A stretch of 36,719 nucleotides of DNA from Amoebophrya sp. A120. Its lineage: Eukaryota; Protista; Dinoflagellata. Positions 30,371 through 36,719 of the stretch are shown here, piece by piece. The stretch covers positions 997,837-1,034,555 of the forward strand of contig CAJINV010000010.1 of assembly GCA_905178155.1 (NCBI GenBank), read 5' to 3'. Numbering within the stretch: position 1 is the first letter of the stretch; the number at the start of each line of letters is the position of its first letter. Under the pieces are notes generated by a model. That model was given only the letters and a program-made list of their open reading frames with translations, was not told the DNA's origin and ran no database searches. Made by a program: the position numbers and the translations under genes.

Positions 30371-32409
30371 ATGGCTCCGCCCGCGACCTCTTCGAAAAAC
30401 TCGGAATGCGTGAAAGTGGTCGTCCGGTGCCGCCCCATGTCCGGCCAAGAGATCCAGGACGGGCGGCAGCAGGTAGTTTTTATGAACGCCAAAATGGGTA
30501 GTGCAACGCTGCTATGCTTTGCAAATATGTCTGGGTCTGGAAGAGTGCAGAGTTTGTCATGCGCGTCAGCCAAGCGTCCCAGTTTTCTGTCATGCGGAAG
30601 CGCAGTTTGCCATGCAGAACGGGCAACACCTAGCAGCTCGAAAACTTGTGATGCGTGGCGACCAATTATTGGGACGTGTCCAAGATTCTTCAGCCAGCAT
30701 CAGAAGTTTCCAGACCCGGACATATTTGCATTTGATAGCTGCAGAAACCGGAGGGGAGCTCGAAGGACAGCAAGGATTTTACCTACGATGCGGTGTACGA
30801 CGCAGAATGTATGCATTGCAAAAGTCTGGATGTCGCACTAGTGGTAATTGCAATACAAATTTGCTCAGCATCAGCCACACAATTTGTATTGCTGCTTCAG
30901 CTCAAGACTGACATGTGTAATGCATGATTGCGATATACTAGTAGCGCGATGTTTTTGCACAGCATAGAAGCCACCCAACAGCAGATTTACGAGGAAACGG
31001 CTTCTTCGATCGTGGAATCTGTATCCAAGAAAAAAACCATGTGAGTGTAAATCTGTGATGCAGAAAGTGCAAACTTGTTCTTGTATACGATTGTCATGCT
31101 AGATGTGCGTCCTAGGCGACTTTGATACAACGTGTTTTCACGTGCTAGTTGCGCGTGACAGGTTTTTTCTGTAATGCAAAGCGAATTTTTGATGCTGCTC
31201 TTCCTTTACAAAGTTACACTTCCACAGTTTTTTTCCTGGATAATCTGTCATGGAGGGCTACAACGGCACGGTGTTATCGCATGCAAAGAAGCATGGAGCA
31301 GGGGTCTGGAAACTTGTGATGCTGATACCTGAATTAGAATAAATTAATTTCAGAGCGGCTGCCTGTACTGTTATTCTTATTCATAATAGCATCAGAAGTT
31401 TTTTAGGCTTGTTGCAGATTCATTCGCAACTACACGCATATGAGATGACAAACACAAGCCGGCATGCAGCACGACAAGAGAAATTAGAAAATGGACAATC
31501 ATATTCATGGATCACAGACCTTGTCGTCCTCCAAACCCAAAGCTCGCAAGAGAAGACAAACCCAGACCAAGACATAATTTTTGCAAATTCCATACTTCTT
31601 CGCCTACGGCCAAACGGGGTCCGGGAAGACACACACCATGGTATTACAACGAAAAATGCCCCCACCCTCGAACTTGAAAGCATTTGTATTGCAAACCTTT
31701 CCAAATGAAACATTCGCCCTCTTGCATGTATCAGCATCACAGATTTCATCCGATCGTGAATAGCAAAAATTTGTATCGGATGTCGATAAATATTACTAAA
31801 CAAATGAGAGTGCGTCCCCGGGCCCCTTGTTGAATCCGCAAAATGCTGCGGGTCGTGCTAATAATTCCTCAACTTTCTCGCGCCCGCTCTTTTTCTCTTG
31901 AGAAGAATGCCCGTCGCGCCCTTCGTTTTTTTTGAGGAGATTCANNNNNNNNNNNNNNNNNNNNNNNNNNNNNNNNNNNNNNNNNNNNNNNNNNNNNNNN
32001 NNNNNNNNNNNNNNNNNNNNNNNNNNNNNNNNNNNNNNNNNNNNTCCTTTCATGCATGACAAAAAGTTTTCATTTGGAAACTTCGCATCACAAATTTTTG
32101 CAACTGTGGGGTGGGGAGCACTTTTCACTGTAATACATGGCCGGCCCGAGTTCCGGCGGGGCGGAGCAGAAGGGATTGCTGCCGAGGGCGTTTGACCACA
32201 TTTTCAACGACATCAAGACCGCAGATATTGGCGTGCGGAACTTTTTGGTGCGGGCGTCTTTTCTGGAGATTTACAACGAGGAAATCCGGGATTTATTGTC
32301 GAAGGTGGACGTGAAGGCGAGATGCGATTTGAAGGAGCACCCGACCAGCGGGGTTTATGTCAAGGACTTGTCCGCATTTGTCGTCAAGGGCGTGGAAGAA
32401 ATACAGCAG
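30371..32409 (+). CDS. Kinesin-2 family (KIF3/KIF17-like) motor, 5' part; the gene continues beyond the window
   Basis: Exons 30371-30512, 30743-30809, 30972-31021, 31248-31274, 31600-31641, 32141-~32409. They read [46 protein letters not shown] (P-loop)..[34 protein letters not shown]. Confidence 0.93.
30513..30737. mobile_element. Introner family B, 225 bp
   Basis: DR GCTGC/GCTGC; family B TIRs. Confidence 0.93.
30810..30966. mobile_element. Introner family A, 157 bp
   Basis: DR GAATG/GAAGC; frame restored. Confidence 0.9.
31022..31242. mobile_element. Introner (D-related TIR), 221 bp
   Basis: TATCCARGAAAAAAA TIR; DR ATCTG/ATCTG. Confidence 0.92.
31275..31594. mobile_element. Degenerate family B-like introner, 320 bp
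   Basis: DR decayed (GGTGT/CTTCT); removal gives GYNGTVFAYGQTG. Confidence 0.85.
31642..32135. mobile_element. Introner (F-related TIR) spanning an assembly gap (Ns at 31945-32044); true length unknown
   Basis: TATTACA..GAAAA.TGC.CCC.ACCC TIR; DR CATGG/CATGG. Confidence 0.88.
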
Positions 32410-32544
32410 GTAATAATTATCGGGTTTTTTCGACCCATATTGAAAAAATGATTTCTGTCGGTACAAATGAGAATGTCTAGGTAGAGGGTGAAGAGTATAG
32501 AAGTCACGAAGACGATAAAGGTAAGGAGTGTAAGCACAATTTCT

Positions 32545-35500
32545 GACTTTTTCTCCCGAAATTGCGTGTTTAGCCAGCTTATTCTGGCTACCTTTGTTTG
32601 GCTACATCCAAACGTGTTGGTGTCGCGGGTAGTGAGAAGCATCTCGCAGCTCTGCCATATTCGCACGCCCAAGGACTGACGCCCTTGCGTGTTACAAACG
32701 GTTCGGGTCCTGCGGGTGCGACGCTCGAGGGGCTCATCACCCCGTCGACGGCGACGTAGTGCGGAGCTCCCCAGCTCAGGCAGTCCGCGACTTTTTTTCC
32801 ATAATCATCCGAAACTGGATCGGGAACACACCTCCCTAGGCTGATTTCTATATCTGCTGTCGTAACTACGGCAGAAAGTACTCGTCATTCTCCTTCTTTC
32901 TATGTTGCCGGAAATCGTTAGTAATTTAGTACGGGCATAATTGTCGCGTTTCACAGAATTACGATAGATACAGGGCCGCTCCGCCCTGCCACCTGCACTG
33001 GCGGCAGGGTTCATCTGCGTGGAAAAATAACTCGCTTTTACCCCGAAAGAACTCCACTTTTTTGCCCGAACGTCACTGTTTAGCAGGGGTCATTCTGGCC
33101 ACCCTGATGTGGCTCTGATCGCTTTAGAAGTAATCGCACGGGTAGCGTGTTGAAGAGATTCCTCTCTCACGCAGTCCTGCCATGAGCGCGCCCACTTGCT
33201 GGACGCAAATGGTAGCCTTTGGTTCCTGGTGACCGCATGGGTTCTGCGGATGCGAGGCCCGCGTCGGTCTGGTTCTAACCTAGTACTGACACGTGGCAGC
33301 GTAGCGCGAACGGTTCGTATGGCCGGGCAGTCCGTGCGGCTTATTTTGCCACTAGAACAAAAGGTCGAGCTTGAGGTCGTCCTCTCTCCTTAAAGGTGCT
33401 ACCTGAACGTGGGAAATGAACTTCAGGTTTCTCTGATTATTTTGCCCGAATAACTGTATTTAGCACGGGTATTCTGGTACCCCTTCTACCGTTTCGTCCC
33501 GATTTGTCCAATCGTGCGGGTAGCCGCGAAAATCCACTCACCTCTGTGGGCGGTAGCGGTACATCCAAATCTGCAATGCCTCCACACCTCAGCGGCACGG
33601 AGAGTCCGGTGCGCGGGCGATCGGGTGTGCACGAGGCGCGACGCCGAGCTAGGGGGTCCTGCGGGCGCGGAGCTTGAGGGGCTGGCCACTCCGAGGACGG
33701 CTCCGCGGTGGGACGGGCGGGTGCATGGGCCCGGTGAATATGACCGGGCTCCGTAAGTCGACCCCCGGGCAGTCCGCACGCATTTTACTTACTAGGGAAT
33801 GAAGTTACAAAAATAAACCATGTTTTGTCTCCTGAACAAGGAGAGAGGTGGGACAAATATGTACTTTTTTGCCTGTGTTGCAGCATGACAAACAGAGGTT
33901 CTCTTTAGGCGGAAGTAGGGTCGTCGGGCAAGCTGCTTCTAGCATGGCTCCTGTTCCAGCGTGACAAACGCTACTTTTCAAGCGGAATTAGGCTCTCAGA
34001 GCCGGTTCCTAGCATGGCTTCTGTTCCAGCGTGACAAACGCTGCTGTTGAAGCGGAATTAGGGTTGCGCAGGCAGGTCCCAGCATGGGTCCTGTTCTAGC
34101 GTGACAAACGCTGCTTTTGGAGCGGAATTAGGGTTGCCCAGGCAGGTCCCAGCATGGCTCCGTCCTGTTCTAGCGTGACAAAGGCTGCTTTTTCAGCGAA
34201 ATTAGGGTTGCGAAGGCAGCCCCCAGCATGGCTCCTGTTCCAGCGTGACAAACGCTGCTTTTTCAGCGAAATTAGGATTGCGCAGGCAGGTCCCAGCATG
34301 GGTCCTGTTCCAGCGTGACAAACGCTGCTTTTCAAGCGGGATTAGGGTTGCGCAGGCAGGTCCCAGCATGGCGTCTGCTCCAGCGTGACAAACGCTGCTT
34401 TTTAAGCGGAATTAGGGTTGCGCAGGCAGCTCCTAGCATGGCTCCTGTTCTAGCGTGACAAACGCTGCTTTTTAAGCGGGATTAGGCTTGGAAAGGCGGC
34501 TCCTAGCATGGCTCCTGTTCCAGCGTGACAGACGCCACTTTTTAGGCGGAATCAGGCTCACAGAGCCGGTTCCTAGCATGGCTCCTGTTCCAGCGTGACA
34601 AACGTGTGTTTTTAGATGGAATTAGGGTTGCCTGACTGCAGGGCCGGCGTGGTAATACACACCGGAACTACAGGGCCCCTCGGTACGCGAAACGCTGACT
34701 AGCCGGCCGCGCTTTTTGCTTTTCCGATAGATTGAGTTTAGTTGGGGTTTTCCCGGCCCGCGACGCACAAGGGTAGTTCGCTGCTGTTGCTTTTTTCCCG
34801 AATTGCGGTGTTTAGCACAGGGTATTCTGACGTACATCCTCCCTCCGTGTTCCTCACGAGTAATCGCGCGGGTAGTGCACGCAGTTGCGCACCCCTGCCA
34901 CCTTCGCATGCCCGCGGAGGACCAGAGCTCTGCTCGTCTGTAGCCTGGAACATAGTGGGCAGCCAGGTGGGGCCTCGAGTATGGTCACCACGGAGAACCA
35001 GATGTCCAGGCTGCGGAGCATTGACGCACTGGAACTCGGGGTCCCGCGGGTACAACGCGGGAGGAGCGCCGCGCGCACTCCAATGACGGCGATGTAGTGC
35101 GTCGAGATAGGTTCCTAGCTCGGGCAGCCTGCGCGCTTTTCATTGTGGTAGTAGCACTCAGGCGGTCACAAGACGAACGAGAATGATCGCTACTGTGTCA
35201 ACATGCAGCACGAGTAGGAGCTGCTGCTGCATCATGCGGTGCGATGTGGAAAAAACTCCTGTATTTAGCAATCTCATTCTGGCTACCCGGTGCGACAAGC
35301 GTCCTCAAATCACAACACGCGTGGGTAGCACTATGCGAAGTGCGATCTCCTCCACACGCCCACGGAGGCCCGCCGGTGTGTGGTCCCTAGGGCCCCGCTG
35401 TGTGGTCTTCGGGGTTGCTTAACAGGCGGCGGGCCGGTATGGTTCACGCGCCTAAGCGAGCTCGGAGCTGCCAGGGTTGGGTTCTCGGGGTTCCGCGGAT

Positions 35501-35970
35501 GCGACGCTTGAGCAGTGACTCTCGGGTCGCTGCGAGGACGGCGACGTAGTGTGATGCCTGGGCTAATTACGGTCCGGGAGGCAGTCCGCGCAGTTATTTT
35601 TCTGCTGAGATAAGGATAACTGCTACTTGATCTTGAACTCCAATTTCCAGGTGCTGTTGAGGCGCTGACGTCAGAAACGAGAACAACTCAGACCATGCTC
35701 CCATTATTTCTTTGATTTTTCTCCGAAGCGGGGTTTTTAGCAAAGCAATTCTGGCTACCGTAGTGCAGCATTGCTTCGCGATGGGAAAACACGCGGGTAG
35801 GAGGGCTCTCTGTAGAGGCGCCAATCTGTTCCACGCGCCCACTGGTACGCAGAGTGCGAGAGATCGGGTTCCGCTATCGGGGTTCTGCGGATGCGACGCT
35901 GTGACGACAGCGACGTAGTGTGATGATCAGCGGTGGTCAAACGCTGAAGGCAGGCCGCGTGCAGTATTTT
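32545..35970. repeat. Dispersed degenerate ~250-300-bp repeat unit, ~6 copies
   Basis: TTTAGCA..ATTCTGGCTACC-like blocks near 32550, 33060, 33440, 34790, 35255 and 35717; GACGGCGACGTAGTG-like words near 32747, 35085, 35537 and 35906. Confidence 0.75.
33885..34630. repeat. 69-70-bp satellite array 1 (~10 units)
   Basis: Unit AGCATGGCTCCTGTTCCAGCGTGACAAACGC..TTTT.AGCGGAATTAGG; GTGACAAACG recurs at 33961, 34031 and 34101. Confidence 0.95.
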
Positions 35971-35984
35971 GCCGCGTGAACAAG

Positions 35985-36719
35985 CATGTTGGGGCTTCTG
36001 TTCCAGCGTGACAGAAGATCTTGGTTTTCATGCGGCATAATTGCGCTTGGACCACAGGCGGCTGCCAGCATGGCGCCTGTCCTAGGATGACAGACACGGA
36101 TTTTTGGGCGAATTCCGGCTCAGATAGCCGGTTCACAGCATGGGTCCTCTTCCAGCGTGTTGACAAACACCACTTTTCATCAGGCGTAAATGGGCTCTGA
36201 ACTAGCGCTCTCCGGCATGGCTCCTGTTCCAGGGTGACAGACGTCGCTTTTTAGGCGGAATTAGGCCCACAGAGCCAGTTCCTAGCATGGCTCCTGTTCC
36301 AGCGTGACAAACGCTACTTTTCAAGCGGAATTAGGCTCACAGAGCCAGTTCCTAGCATGGCTCCTGTTCCAGCGTGACAAACGCCACTTTTTAGGCGGAA
36401 TTAGGCTCACAGAGCAGGTTCCTAGCATGGCTCCTGTTCCAGCGTGACAAACGCCACTTTTGAGGCGGAATTAGGCTCAGAGAGCCGGTTCCTAGCATGG
36501 CTCGTGTTCTAGCGTGACAAACGCTTCTTTTTACGCGGAATTGGGCTTGCGCAGGCAGCTCCCAGCATGGCTCCTGCTCCAGCGCGACAAACGCTGCTTC
36601 TCAAGCGGAATTCGGCTTGAGCAGGCAGTTCCTAGCATAGCTCCTGTTCCAGCGTGACAAACGCCACTTTTCAGGCGGAATTAGGCTCACAGAGCCAGTT
36701 CCTAGCATGGCTCCTGTTC
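35985..36719. repeat. 69-70-bp satellite array 2 (~10 units, runs off the window)
   Basis: Same unit as array 1; AGCGTGACAA recurs at 36301, 36371, 36441 and 36511. Confidence 0.95.

Noticed and set aside
1764-32135. Tc1/mariner MITEs or Paramecium-type IESs with a TA duplication
   Set aside because: The duplicated sequence is the 5-mer outside the TA. Both TAs and one 5-mer must be removed to restore the frames. DNA-level excision by some other rule is not excluded.
1570-32409. Transposon-killed pseudogenes
   Set aside because: The reconstructed exons have no stops or frameshifts and keep their catalytic motifs despite insertions of very different apparent ages.
33885-36719. CRISPR array
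   Set aside because: The whole 70-bp unit is repeated with no unique spacers, there are no cas genes, and the context is eukaryotic.

Overview
This window is eukaryotic genomic DNA, so the six-frame ORF track is largely misleading. I rebuilt five plus-strand genes by hand: an IFT54/TRAF3IP1-type CH-domain protein (1570-12179), a metacaspase-like His/Cys protease (13932-18922), a RING-CH plus DUF179/AlgH-like protein (20059-23695), an MFSD6-like transporter (25397-29534) and a kinesin-2 motor (from 30371, incomplete). A small two-intron gene of uncertain strand lies at about 24527-25217. The coding sequences are interrupted by 43 MITE-like elements. Each starts with TA, ends with TA (one ends TT), carries terminal inverted repeats (TIRs) and is flanked by a 5-bp direct repeat (DR), which is perfect in 32 of 43. 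Removing an element plus one DR copy restores the reading frame and the conserved motifs every time, yet none can be slid to GT-AG. Three ordinary GT-AG introns coexist with them. This architecture matches the non-canonical introner elements described in the parasitic dinoflagellate Amoebophrya; the taxon is my inference. The window adds finer detail: a fixed 5-bp DR with TA termini, one 8-mer motif shared by unrelated families, a 3.5-kb giant introner with an internal palindrome, nested insertions, and satellites in a probable giant kinesin intron. All gene models are unverified by RNA data.
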